64,000 nt of DNA, taken from the NCBI RefSeq assembly GCF_006345805.1, contig NC_043001.1, positions 97,712,001 to 97,776,000 on the forward strand. The letters are read 5' to 3'. The notes beneath the pieces were generated by a model. That model did not search any database. It was not told where the DNA came from and saw only the letters and a list, made by a program, of their open reading frames with translations. Made by a program: the position numbers and the translations under genes. How positions within the stretch are numbered: the first letter of the stretch is position 1; each line of letters opens with the position of its first letter. The stretch is from Octopus sinensis (Eukaryota). Positions 38,893 to 51,494 of the stretch are shown here, in pieces.

Positions 38893-38974
38893 TATACATA
38901 TACATATATGTATATATATATATATATAGATATAATATATATTATATATATATATATATACATTATATATATAA

Positions 38975-39034
<60 letters not shown>

Positions 39035-39122
39035 CATATATATATATAATATGTATATATACATATATATTATATAATATATATATATATTATATATATA
39101 TAAATATATATACATACATGCA

Positions 39123-39170
<48 letters not shown>

Positions 39171-39219
39171 ATATGTATATATATACATATATATATATAT
39201 AAATATATATACATACATG

Positions 39220-39283
<64 letters not shown>

Positions 39284-39385
39284 AATATTGTATATATATA
39301 CATATATATATATATATAAATATATATACATACATGCATACATATATATATATAATTATATATAATATATACATATTTATATATA
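38893..39385. repeat. ~490-bp (AT)n-rich microsatellite
   Basis: Direct inspection. Other AT tracts at 37420-37540 and 38080-38175. Confidence 0.95.
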
Positions 39386-40543
39386 GTATTCGCGTGTTTC
39401 TGCAAGTCATGTATGAAAAGGTTAAGACGTTTGGCCATAGAATATTTATATTTATATGCAGATACTTTTCATTCGTACTGCCCACGGATTTAAAATGTCT
39501 ACTATCCTCTATGGGGTTACAATAACACGATTAAAATTACGTGGAATGTTTGCGATAAAAGAGTGAACATAATATTTAGTTTGCATTCGTTTGAAGAAAC
39601 AGCTGAGAGTAATTTATGTTAATTTAACATGATTTCTCTTTGATAATGTTAGGATATTTATCATGAAGACTTAGTAAATAAATATTGTGCTGAAAAGTTG
39701 CAGAATGAATGGAGGCTTGTAAGAAATGATTAATCGTTTGTGGTTACTGTTCCTGCAGGGGCAAACCTCTAGTCTTGTGTGCATATAAACACTCATTATC
39801 AGTAGTTTATTATAGTAAGGTTCTGACTATTTGAATAATCTTCTATTAAAAGAATGTGATGAATCTTTGTTAGGAACATTTCTAACGAAAGTATTAATAT
39901 TTATTTAGGATGATTAGATTGATTACTTACGTAAAATGCTTCCTATGTCAGAAAATTCTGTCATTGCACACGGAAAGAAATAATTGTGGACAACATAGTA
40001 TCGTCACTCCATTGGTTGAGGTTATATTTTACACTTTTTCCTATGCCTCATTTAATTAAACCTTGTAAGCCTGATTCGTTTATAAGAAAATCTTCACTTT
40101 ACGCGCGTTAATTACAGAGTCAAGTTTTAACGGGAAATAACTGTTATGATAAAAACTTCACAATATCGTTAGTGGGTAAATAGAAATGTTCTGCAGTGTT
40201 ACCTCATTAATTTCTGAAGGGAAGCAAGATTTTCATCCTCTCGATTAACATAATATAATGTGTCCTCATTAACCAAATCTAAATGTATAAGAAAACAACA
40301 TACAACAGTACATGATAGAATGAACATCATCATACAAAAATGTTCTAAAATGCTTCCTATTAATTGCAGAGAACATGTAACATTCACACAAAATACACTC
40401 TGTACAAGAGAAAAGAAATCATATCACGTTGCAGACACTGTAACTAATTTTATGTATATTATATGTTTGCGTACGTACATGCATATGTGTGTGCATGTGC
40501 GTGTTTCCTGGGTGTACGCATGTGTGTATGCTCGTAAAGAAAG

Positions 40544-40595
<52 letters not shown>

Positions 40596-40613
40596 GTGTA
40601 CGTGTATGTATAT

Positions 40614-40662
<49 letters not shown>

Positions 40663-41464
40663 TGTATCTACACACATGTGCGCGCAAAAACAAAACAAAC
40701 AAACACACACACATATTACATTATTCTTTGCGTGCCTTTCAGTGTATGCATGGGCAACATGTATTCAACTAAGTATATGTTCTCTTCTGGAATAAATTAT
40801 TATTATGTCATTTGTTATTACTAGTTCATTCTAAGCAGAAATCAATCGGATAGTGTTCAGATAATGACAATCGGATTTGAAAATTCATTGGGCAACTATT
40901 AGTTACTTCTCTATGTTCCATCCTAAACTGCACGAACGCAAATTCAGCTTCAAAACTGATTTAAAAACTTCGGTTTTGCAATATACCCTGATCTAAAATT
41001 TCCGATTACGTATTTATAGACCGTAAAAAAGTAATTATCACCTCGTTTCTTCCTAATTCTTGTTATACCCAAATTAAAACCGGCAATAGGGTGATGCTCC
41101 TACATAATTTGCAGTATTATTGATATGCTTAGCATCATCATAGGATCGGTCTAAATGGATTAGATTCGAACGAAACCTAGATGTGGCCAACTGGGTTTCT
41201 CTTTTGTTACACTTCGTATTCGAAGAATGCTACAGTGTCAACTGGCCTTTGCTTAACAAACGGACAGAACTATATTTTTACTCACGTCAAATATATGCCT
41301 CGGCCGCGAACAACGCACTGTTTTCAATACAACCTCACCACTCGGACATCGGAACTCTATACTTATTCAGCCGATAGTGGTTTTCTCGCACAAACGGAAA
41401 ATGTGCTGAAGCAATCCGTCCTATTCTAGAAAGGATGGTAAAGTTACGGATGCTTTTTTCTTCA

Positions 41465-41833
41465 AAATTTTTGGGGAGGGGGCCAGTCGATTAGATCAAC
41501 CTCACTACGCAACTGGTAGTTAATTTGTCAACCCCGAATTGAAGAGGGCCAAAGTCGACCTCGGCGGAATTTGATCTCAGAACATAAAGACAGACGAAAT
41601 ACCTATTTCTTTACTACCCACAAGGGGTTAAACACAGAGAGAACAAACAGGGACAGACAAACGGATTAATTCGATTATATCAACCCCAGCGCGTAACTGG
41701 TACTTATTTAATCGACCCCGAAAGGATGAAAGGCAAACTCGACCTCGGCGGAATTTAAACTCAGAACGTAGCGGCAGACGAAATGCCGCTAAGCATTTTG
41801 CTTGGCATGCTAACGTTTCTGCCAGCTTGCCAC
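41465..41833 (-). mobile_element. Two SINE-A bodies in tandem sharing one head
   Basis: Junction gacgaaatac|ctatttctttac at 41602. Confidence 0.88.
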
Positions 41834-42775
41834 AATGGTAAGTTTACGGATACTGTCTAAACTGTACAAAAAGAGAAGTAGTTCGTTCAAAAATTCTTGA
41901 CACTTGAACGTATCACTGCTTTAATTTGTTGTTACGGTGGAACGGCGGTGTCAAGTTTTACTTTGTAATTTGCTACAAAAATAACTTTTGCGAAAGTTCT
42001 ACTTTTGGTTGTGGAATTCTAAATAAGACAGATGTGTCATTAGCTAGTCTCTTTTTTCTTTCCTCAGTCGTTTTGTTCTATGTTGGGTATTGCAATGTTT
42101 TGCAATTTCTTTGTATAAACACACTGATAGTCGGCAAAATACTATAAACATTCCACGCTCAAATGTGATAGCTATTGTCAGGAAATTTACAAGTATCTTG
42201 TTTGCAAACACAGTAAATATGCAAAAGGCATCGATCTAATAAACTTTGTTTAGTTCTGGTGATAAAAAGATTATGTGGTTTTCAAGTGTATAATTAGTAT
42301 TAGTTTGCAATTAGATATAAAACATGATGTGTTCGGTTTAATGAGTTTTCGATAGCGTGTCCACTTTAAGAGCAATTGATTTTTGTAATAATATTTATGC
42401 GTGATAGAGTTAATTGTTAAGATAAGTTGAATTGTCCTATAGTTTGATTTTCTATATTATTTCTATATTCCTTGTTGTATTCTAGCTTTCTTTCATTTGC
42501 TTCAGACATGAGAAGATAGATATTTCAGGGCACCACGTTGAATTATTATAGTATGAACTACTAAATTTTATTTTCCGAATCTTATCGAAAACTCTTTATT
42601 GAACCGTTACAATTATAAAACTTACTATGTATGTATGTATGTATGATGTATGTATGTATGTATGTATGTATGTATGTATGTATGTATGTATGTATGTATG
42701 TATGCATGCATGCATGTATGCATGTATGTATGTATGTATGTATATATATGTGTGTATGTATGTATGTATGTATGT

Positions 42776-44162
42776 TTGATTTTCAGTTTTATTTCAAGAT
42801 TTCTAGCTAGTAGAGAAATAGTCGGTTTCTAATCCATATCCAAGTCTCCTTCATTGAAATTTCAACATTAACAACTTGGTATTTTTGTTTGTATGTCTGT
42901 ACATATGAATGTATATGTGCATATTTGTATGTTTTGTTTTATGTATGTATTCTTATGCATATAGTTGCATACCTAGACATGGTCATATATATTTAAATGA
43001 TAAACTTCTGGGAAGTTTTACAGATTTTTAGTTCCAGTGATGAATTGGATCTGTAGTCTTCGAATTAGCTTTCTCCTTTCTGGTTTTGAGAAGCCTAATT
43101 TCTCAAGATTGGCATTAAGGCAGTATATTACATTTCCCAGGGCACTAATAATTACAGGTATAAACCTGAACCTACATTCTGGATGAAGTAACTAGAGATT
43201 TCTCAAAGTTTAGCATACGTATTCTCTTTTTCACTGTTCTTCAGCTTTATGTTAACATCCGTTGGGCAGCTAATTTCCACAACTGTGGAAATCATTTTAT
43301 CAGGTCTGTTGTCTTTACGTTTTTTTTTTAGGTCTTCGCTGGAACATTCCAGCAATATTTATTGTGAGAGGCTATGGTTTCCACCATACTATGGGTTTTT
43401 ATTTCTTTGTCCTTGAGGTTATCTTTCCGAAGGATTATATTATGTAGTGTCCTAGCTAAGTATTATGTCTCATCGGTAGATAATACCGTGATGATATCTT
43501 CGGACAACTGCTTATGATGTGGGTGACATCTTCGGTGTTAACTCCACAAAGTCTTCATCGGCTGTCACGCTTTACGCTTTTCCTACATCTCTGTCCCTTT
43601 TGTGCATCAGGTTAGTATTTCCTGTTCCTGGATTACAAACGCATACCCTTCAAAGTGGGATGTAGTAATCCGGCTAACGGTCCATGATAAACTACTTTGA
43701 TGATCATTTTTACCATCATGTTCATGCATAGTCTTCTACTCATATAGGCTCAAATTTTCATCTGATAAGTTGAGGGCGACTTCTTTGGGCATGTATTGTA
43801 GTTTATCAGGCAAAGAATGTTGCTTAAGGAGCTGCCTTCCAAACCTCATGTCTGCAAACTTCGTCACAAGAGATGCAATCGGACACTTGTATCGGATCTC
43901 ATCAAGCGTCCAATCAAGATGCCCAAATGATGCTATGAGTATTGGCACTGCAAACACATTGTGGGCAACTGATTTATTGAATGCAGAGTGAGGTCCAAAT
44001 TATATTATTCGGCTCTAATACTCTTTTAGTGTCACGTGTTTTGTTACAGGTGCCATTATCAGATATAAGGGAAACACTCAGATCATTGATGGAGATGTTG
44101 CTAGTCTGGTTTATAGTTTCACCCCTTTTCACAATCATATAACAACATTTATCCTGACCAGA

Positions 44163-44163
<1 letters not shown>
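42776..44163 (-). mobile_element. 5'-truncated, decayed REL-type non-LTR retrotransposon (R4/NeSL-like) flanked by (TATG)n
   Basis: Minus strand: GQDKC, FAVPILIASFGHLDWTLDEI, HFEGYAFVIQEQEI, *RLCGVNTEDVTHIISSC, NRPD..VEISCP. (TATG)n at 42627-42775 and 44166-44357. Confidence 0.82.
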
Positions 44164-44195
<32 letters not shown>

Positions 44196-44357
44196 TGTAT
44201 GTATGTATGTATGTATGTATGTATGTAGTATGTATGCATGTATGTGTGCATGTATGTATGTATGTATGCATGCATATATGTATGTATGCATGTATGTATG
44301 TATGTATGTATGTATGTATGTATGTATGTATGTATGTATGTATGTATGTATGTATGT

Positions 44358-44670
44358 GAAGGCACGTTGTTTAGTGGTTAGAGCATTCTGTTCGCGATCG
44401 TAGGGTCGGCGGTGTAATGTGTCCTTGAGCAAGACACTTTATTTCACGGTGCTCCAGTTCACTCAGCTGGCAAAAATGGGTAGTCAACCCTGTATGACAA
44501 GGGACCAGCCTTGTCACACAGTGTGTCACGCTGAATCTCGCTGAGAAGTATAAGAAACGTTACGCGTGTCTGTGAAGTGCTTAAACATTTAAACGTTATT
44601 CTCACGAGCAAGCTGTTCCGTTGATCGGATTAAATAAAACCCTCATAGTCGTAAGCAACGGAGTGCTAAT
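44358..44670 (+). mobile_element. SINE family C (tRNA head + CORE-like domain)
   Basis: ggcacgttgtttagtggttagagc A box; gtgtccttgagcaagacacttta..cactcagctggcaaaaatgggta CORE-like segment. Confidence 0.8.
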
Positions 44671-44964
44671 ATTTATGTATCTGTATATATATGGATGCAA
44701 GTACAGTCAGTTTCTGCAGGAAAACTACGATCAACTAAATAAGTTTGAAGTGCTGCCGTTCGGGTGGTTTAACTGTATTGGAACAAATGGTTAGTGCGGT
44801 GTCTGCGGCCGAAGGATATATTTGACGTGAGTAAAAATATAGTTCTGTCCCTGATACTGGGTAGATAGGTAACCTAATGCTCCTATGGAGATAGGTATGC
44901 ATGTATGCATGTACGTATGTGTGTATTTATAAATGTATGCATTTGTGTATTTACATGTATGTGG

Positions 44965-45008
<44 letters not shown>

Positions 45009-45011
<3 letters not shown>

Positions 45012-45168
45012 TGTGTGGTAAGTAGCTTGCTAACCAACCACATGGTTCCGGGTTCAGTCCCACTGCGTGGCATCTTGGGCAAGTGTCTTCTGCTATAGCC
45101 CCGGGCCGACCAAAGCATTGTGAGTGGATTTGGTAGAGGGAAACTGAAAGAAGCCTGTCGTATATATG

Positions 45169-45218
<50 letters not shown>

Positions 45219-45372
45219 TGTGTCTGTGTTTGTCGCCCTAGTATTGCTTGACAACCGATGCTGGTGTGTTTACATCCCGTCACTTAGCGGTTTGGCAAAA
45301 AGAGGCCGATAGAATAAGTACTGGGCTTACAAAGAATAAGTCCCGGGGTCGATTTGCTCGACTAAAAGCGGT
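45009..45372 (+). mobile_element. SINE family B, near full length
   Basis: ggctgtgtggtaagtagcttgc..ggttcagtcccactgcgtggc..gatttgctcgactaaa. Confidence 0.9.
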
Positions 45373-45376
45373 AATA

Positions 45377-45642
45377 TAAAAGAGTAATATATATCTGTAA
45401 ATACAATATGTGCCAATTATTCGGTAGCCATAATAAAACACCGAGTTTCGGATGTCGGGGTGTAACCCCACGCCGGCATCTCTTCAGTTAACGGGCCATC
45501 TCTTCAGTTATCGGGCTCGATGGCCCGATAACTGAAGAGATTCCGGCGTGTGTTTCTGCAGCGACATCCGAAACTCGAAGTTTTATCATGGCTACCGAAT
45601 AATTGTCACATATTATATTTACAGATAAATTCCTCTATTTAC
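45377..45642. repeat. ~265-bp imperfect palindrome, each arm with a hammerhead-like motif
   Basis: caattattcggtagcca..gagtttcggatgtcg..atctcttcagttatcgggc | gcccgataactgaagagat..cgacatccgaaactc..tggctaccgaataattg. Confidence 0.85.
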
Positions 45643-46526
45643 ATAATATTGAGCTCTCTTTTTATTTTTTTGTTGTCTTGGCATTTCTATTAATATATAT
45701 ATATAATTTTCAACACTTTTTGCCAACAGATAAGGAACCAGTTTTGAACCTATATCCAGTCCTCCTTCACTGGAATTTCAACATCTCGTTTTATGTATAC
45801 ATCCTCATGCATATAGTTGTATGTATGTAAGCATGTATCTATGTATGCATGCATGCATGTATTTTTGTATATGTATGTATGTACTTAACTAACGTCCTCA
45901 CAAATTTACCATCACTAATTTCATTCACAATGTAATTTCCCGTACATATAACAGGCGAAGTTTTCCAAGAGAATCCCAAATTACGCATGAGTAAGGGCGT
46001 TAATTCTTTACTATACACCCATGCATGCATCTAGGAAATTTTTCTGTTGACTAAACTATACAATTTCCTCTAACAATACTCAGAATTTTCTAGAAACGTG
46101 CCTTGCAAACTTAACTCCGATTTCTCTTCTGTGCATAGATTTTACAACTAAGGATTTAAATGCGCACGCTCAAAATCTCTCTGCTTCTACAATCATTTAG
46201 TTTATTCCTACATGTTTGGTTTATTTTGCTCAATAATGAGATTTCAAAATAGCGTTGATTCAAATGGTGTGTCATATTCCGTACCCTCATTTTAGAAACG
46301 AGAATATTGTAGTCTTGCATCCACAAGGAATATCTCGTGGACTGGCAGTTTAAGCGTGTTACGTGTAAGGATTTAATTTTCTGACCAATATTTCGTTACA
46401 TATGATGCCCGAAAATGTAATGCTCTCCAGCTAGAATAATGTTATTTTGCAACGTTCACACAACGCTAATATGTTGAAGCGCGTACACACACACACACAC
46501 ACACACAGACATATGTACAGTGCAGA

Positions 46527-46557
<31 letters not shown>

Positions 46558-46804
46558 GACAGAGAGAGAGAGAGACAGAGAATGGTGAGAATACGTAAGA
46601 AAGTATCACTCATCAAAATTAGTTGGAGTTGCAAATATTTCGTAACAAGTTCAATTGTTTCCACCCTTAAATCATTCAATATTTTGCGAGCAACCATAAC
46701 TCTACGTGTGAAGATATTACTCATCTGTGTATGGAGAACATTGAGTAATTCAGAGAAGTGTTGACTATTCTTACATTCACACGCTTGTAGACACTGCAAG
46801 AAAA

Positions 46805-46941
<137 letters not shown>

Positions 46942-46952
46942 TTATCTGTCTG

Positions 46953-47034
<82 letters not shown>

Positions 47035-47699
47035 GGTGTTCGCTCATGTTTATATCTTCATATAAACATGATATATCATAAGTTATGCGCTTATATGTGT
47101 GTCTATTATTTTATATGCGTCGTGTAGGCACCCATGCGTAAATATTTAGAGAAAAAAATCTCTCGTTTCAGTAATTAACCTTTCTTTCATGTAACTTTCC
47201 TTGAAGATGAGAAAATATTCTACTTAAGCCTGAACAATAAGATTCTTAAAGTTAATTTTATTTAGAATTTATTATTATGTCTTCGTCTATTTATTTTAAT
47301 CTAATATTTAAAGAAACACCATCATAAAAGGAGATGAGAATTTCTAAATTATCAAAACACTGTGTCTTTATGATAAACATCATCTTAATGTAATATTTTA
47401 TGGTTTCATTTATTATAGGCGAAAATAATTTGTCAAATATTATCGGTGTTAAATTGTTCTTATGATTTTTATTGCATATAATTTTCTGTGTTTTTACAAT
47501 TAAGCTAATTGGGAAATTTCTGCATTAGTTTAAAACATTTTCGCCTTAAGCTCTCGTCTCAAAAATTAGCTAATATTGTGGGGACGTATATAATGAAACG
47601 CACCTTTTACGCTTTCAGCGTATTAAATATTCGTAACTCCTTTGAATTTAGCTTTCCAACCACGTACATGCATTAAGAAAGTGTGGTCAGTTTACATAT

Positions 47700-48080
47700 A
47701 CATGTTTGTTAAAATACAATTGCTACCGCGGAAAATTCTGCCAAAAAATCTTACCACGAATAACATCGTGGGATGCAAATTATCTAATGTTCCCATCAAT
47801 AACTTCAAAATGCAATCAAGGATCTACTTTGCATATGAGGTAGTGTTCTGCAAATGTGTTTCACCCTACACTGGAAGCACCATAAGAAAAAATCTTAATC
47901 GCATCAAGGACCTCACATAGGCAAAATCACTTCAGTTCACAAATTCCTACGTAAGAGTCAGGACCTGAAATGCACAGTGTTTATCTGTATAACACAACGA
48001 AATACACGCAGTCTTAGAATGATTTAGGCCCACTTTATTAACGTGTGAAATCGACTCTAACCAACAGCGAAGACACAAAG
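47700..48080 (+). pseudogene. Decayed Penelope GIY-YIG fragment
   Basis: IYFAYEVVFCKCVSPYTGSTIRK..RIKDL resembles the VY.I.C..C...YIG.T.R.L..R..EH motif. Confidence 0.5.
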
Positions 48081-48289
48081 AAAGCAGGCATTATTAGAAC
48101 AACAATGGTCAGCGCATTTCATTGCTCGGCGCACTTAACCATCTGACAGACGATTTATTTCATCTGTCTTTTCTCCACAATTTCAGAAAAAGGGGTGAAC
48201 ACACAAAACTATAGAAATATAAGGTAGTATTCAGAGAGATAACTATCAAACATCCAGTGAACAACATAGTGCAATGAGTGATCTCTAGT

Positions 48290-48690
48290 TATAGCGAAGT
48301 TATGCCTCCATTCATCTTCTCACACGGCCTGAGACTCAACATGGAGGCCTACATCAAATGCCTGGAGGAGGTAGTCACGCCCTGGGTCAACAGGATGGCT
48401 GATAGAACCGGACTCTGCACCATGCCACACAAGCACTAGAACACAGTCATGGCTGTCAAAAATTTGTGCGTCCACATCATCCCTAATATCTGGTCACCAA
48501 ACTCCCCAGACTGCAACACACTTGGTTTTTATGTGTGGGGAAGAGACAAAAGATAGACCAACAAAACTCCTTGTAACACTAAAGATGTACTGAAGGCAAA
48601 GATAATGGTAGTCTTCTCCAATTTGAACAAGACCGTCCAGAAGAGTTGCAGGAGATTCCGAAGCTTTCTGGACGCCGTGGTTGACCTTAC
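48290..48690 (+). mobile_element. Tc1/mariner DD37D-like transposase remnant (same type as 5730-6625)
   Basis: MPPFIFSHGLRLNMEAYIKCLEEVVTPWV..DSAPCHTS..IWSPNSPDCN.L..YVWG..KTPCNTKDVLKAKI..SCRRFRSFLDAVV. Confidence 0.88.
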
Positions 48691-48951
48691 AAATACATTC
48701 CCTACTTTTAGGTCACTTTAAATAAAACCTCGACTCAATAACTCTATTTACAAACTTTATATTTGGAATGACCAATTTTAAATAATATTGGAATTTACTC
48801 ACAAGATAATGGAATCATACGATTCTGCCTAAATAATGGATCTACAAATGCAATATCCCCGCTTATCTTATATCTATTTTCATTCCTCCACTTCACTTTC
48901 TATTTTAGATCTTATCTAAATTAACTTTTGCTTAACCATCTTCTCACACCT

Positions 48952-48997
48952 TCTCCGATGAAAGGATATGAAAAATATCCCGGAAACAGCTGTAAGA
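48952..48997 (+). ncRNA. Degenerate hammerhead motif
   Basis: UCU CCGAUGA aa GGAUAU gaaaa AUAUCC cg GAAA CAGCUG UA AGA. U4 is mutated to C. Confidence 0.5.
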
Positions 48998-49240
48998 CAT
49001 TCTATTTATAAATGTTCTAAATTTTTCACAGCCTTGGTTTTCTTATCTCATACTGAAAAAAAATATATATATACATATCCTGATATATGAATTACGTTGG
49101 ACTCCTTATTCGCATAATCACCGAAGCTAGAGCTTAACTATAGTCTATCCATAACACTTACTCAACATTACCTGACACCTTCGGGTCTTATTGACACCAT
49201 CACCTCACATAAACTTTCTCTATCTCACTGAATATGTATG

Positions 49241-49294
<54 letters not shown>

Positions 49295-49454
49295 GACGGG
49301 CTTCTTTCAGTTTCCGTCTACTTATTCGAGTTACAAGTCTTTGCTCAGCATGAGGCCGACCAAAGTGTCAACACACATGCGTATGTGCTCATATCTGTGT
49401 ATTTCTATTCGTTTGTAAATTCAGATACAGGAAGTAACTTGTTGGTGATAACTA

Positions 49455-49595
49455 CAAATACAGTTGTTTCTGATCATCTCGAATAAATATTTATTGAGTG
49501 ACAAGTTTGCTGCTGAAGCATTTGACATATTTGCACATTTTATACACTACTTGAGGCATATAAATATATATATATATATGCCTCAAGTAGTGTAT

Positions 49596-49643
<48 letters not shown>

Positions 49644-49743
49644 TCAAGTAGTGTATAAAATGTGCAAATATGTCAAATGCTTCGGCAGCAAACTTGTCAC
49701 TCAATAAATATTTATTCGAGATGATCAGAAACAACTGTATTTG
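49455..49743. repeat. Near-perfect ~105-bp inverted duplication around (AT)n
   Basis: 49455-49562 is the reverse complement of 49637-49743 (one mismatch seen). An extra 24-bp partial copy lies at 49577-49600. Confidence 0.92.
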
Positions 49744-50314
49744 ACGATGTTTTGCTTTCAATCTTTCAAGTTGTGAGAATGTGTAAACTTTTTTCTCCAT
49801 TTATTACTAATTTAGATGATTTTGATGTCTATGTAAGTGGAATTGTTGATTTGTTTTTACATTGCCAGACATTTGGGAATGTAGTATTGTAAAATAGTGT
49901 AAATCCTTTTATGATATCTAGATAAAAATGTCTATTTGATTAAAACAAATGACTGCGTGATATTCATTTCCTTGTGAACGAAATTGAAGTTCTCAAGAAA
50001 TATCAAAAATCTTCCTACCCAGGTATCATTTAAATTGTCATTATACAACAGCTCGCTTGGTTTAAGTGAAAAAACAATACATTTCGTGAAAACATAGCTG
50101 AGTAGATAAACAATTCACATGGCAACAACGTGGTTTTAATTTCAATCCCAGTTAGCATTAACTAGAACAAGTTCCTTCAGTTAGAGCCCTTGTCAATTAA
50201 TGCATTCTGAGTAAATTCGGAAACTCGTCGTATATAGGTATACATATACTAATATCACTTTACACAACCCTACCTACTCCAGAAAAAAGTTGGCAGATGG
50301 AAATGAAATCTAGT

Positions 50315-50358
50315 ACAGTCTGACGAAGACGAGCAGGCCGGAAACGCGAAGTCAGTGT
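50315..50358 (+). ncRNA. Degenerate hammerhead motif
   Basis: acagu CUGACGA agacgagcaggccg GAAAC gcgaa GUC agugu. Stems I and II each have mismatches. Confidence 0.4.
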
Positions 50359-50627
50359 CTTCTTCCCTTTTGTAAAATTTTATATTTATATCATATATTT
50401 TGGTATTGCTTTGTTTACTTTGTCGTAACTAAGCACACATAACACACACACACGTTTCTAATTCAAAAATATTTCAACAGAATGTTTAATCAGAAAAATA
50501 CAACCCGAGAGATACCATTCATACAACTGTATGCCTGTAGTGTATGTATGCATGCATGTATATATATATATATATATATGAAAAAACAAGTAAAAAATAG
50601 AAAATGCTAAAATAATTTTATAGTGAA

Positions 50628-50675
50628 CATTTCAGTACCGGTTTCGGTCATTTTGAGACCTTTTCAACTGTAACG
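50628..50675 (-). ncRNA. Type-I hammerhead with U3-A8 core variant
   Basis: CGUUaCAG UUGAAAA GGUC ucaaaau GACC GAAA CCGG UA CUGaAAUG. Confidence 0.72.
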
Positions 50676-51020
50676 ATCAAATAATTAAATTTAGAAAAAT
50701 TAGAAGAAAAGTTTTTTTAAAAGAATATTTCTATAGTAGTGTTCAGATTTAAGTGGCATTCTGCCTTTCTCTGACTCCCTTGTTTGCACTTGTGTGTTCG
50801 AGGTAGTTGTGAGTTCTTGGTAGGGTAGTAGAGGGAAGGCTGGTGAAGAAAGGGGGGTGGGAGAATCTGGGAGTGCCCTGATGGTCGTATTTTGAATGGT
50901 CAGTGGCGGCTGGCAGTCTCAGTTCAATTCAGGATAATATTTATATTGACAGGCTTGTTTATAGAATTAGCGTAGGTGTTATACTAAGAAACATTAGTGA
51001 CAAACTTAAGGGGTAGGGGG

Positions 51021-51365
51021 TGGAGAAGAAGAAGAAGAAGAAGAAGAAGGAGAAGGAGAAGATGACGATGATGGTGATGGTGGTGATGATGGTGGCGATG
51101 ATGATGATGCCGATGATGATGATGATAACGATGATGATGAAGAAGAAGAAGAAGAAGAAGGAGGAGAAGGAGAAGATGGTGGTGATGATGGTGGCGATGA
51201 TGATGATGCCGATGATGATGATAACGATGATGATGAAGAAGAGAAGAAGAAGAAGAAGAAGGAGGAGAAGGAGAAGATGGTGGTGATGATGGTGGCGATG
51301 ATGATGATGCCGATGATGATGATAACGATGATGATGAAGAAGAGAAGAAGAAGAAGAAGAAGAAA
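51021..51365. repeat. (GAA)/(GAT) microsatellite with ~100-bp higher-order period
   Basis: ggtggcgatg recurs at 51091, 51190 and 51291. Confidence 0.9.
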
Positions 51366-51494
51366 AAAACAGAGAAGGGAGAATATGAATGGGTGTAAAT
51401 ATAGCTATGAAGGGGCTGATTAGTAATGGATTCTATGGAGTGTAGTATTTGTGTGTGTATATATTTTTTTCTTTTATTCTAAAGTTGAGGTATA

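Noticed and set aside
51020-51286. Poly-K/M ORF
   Set aside because: Translation of the GAA/GAT array.
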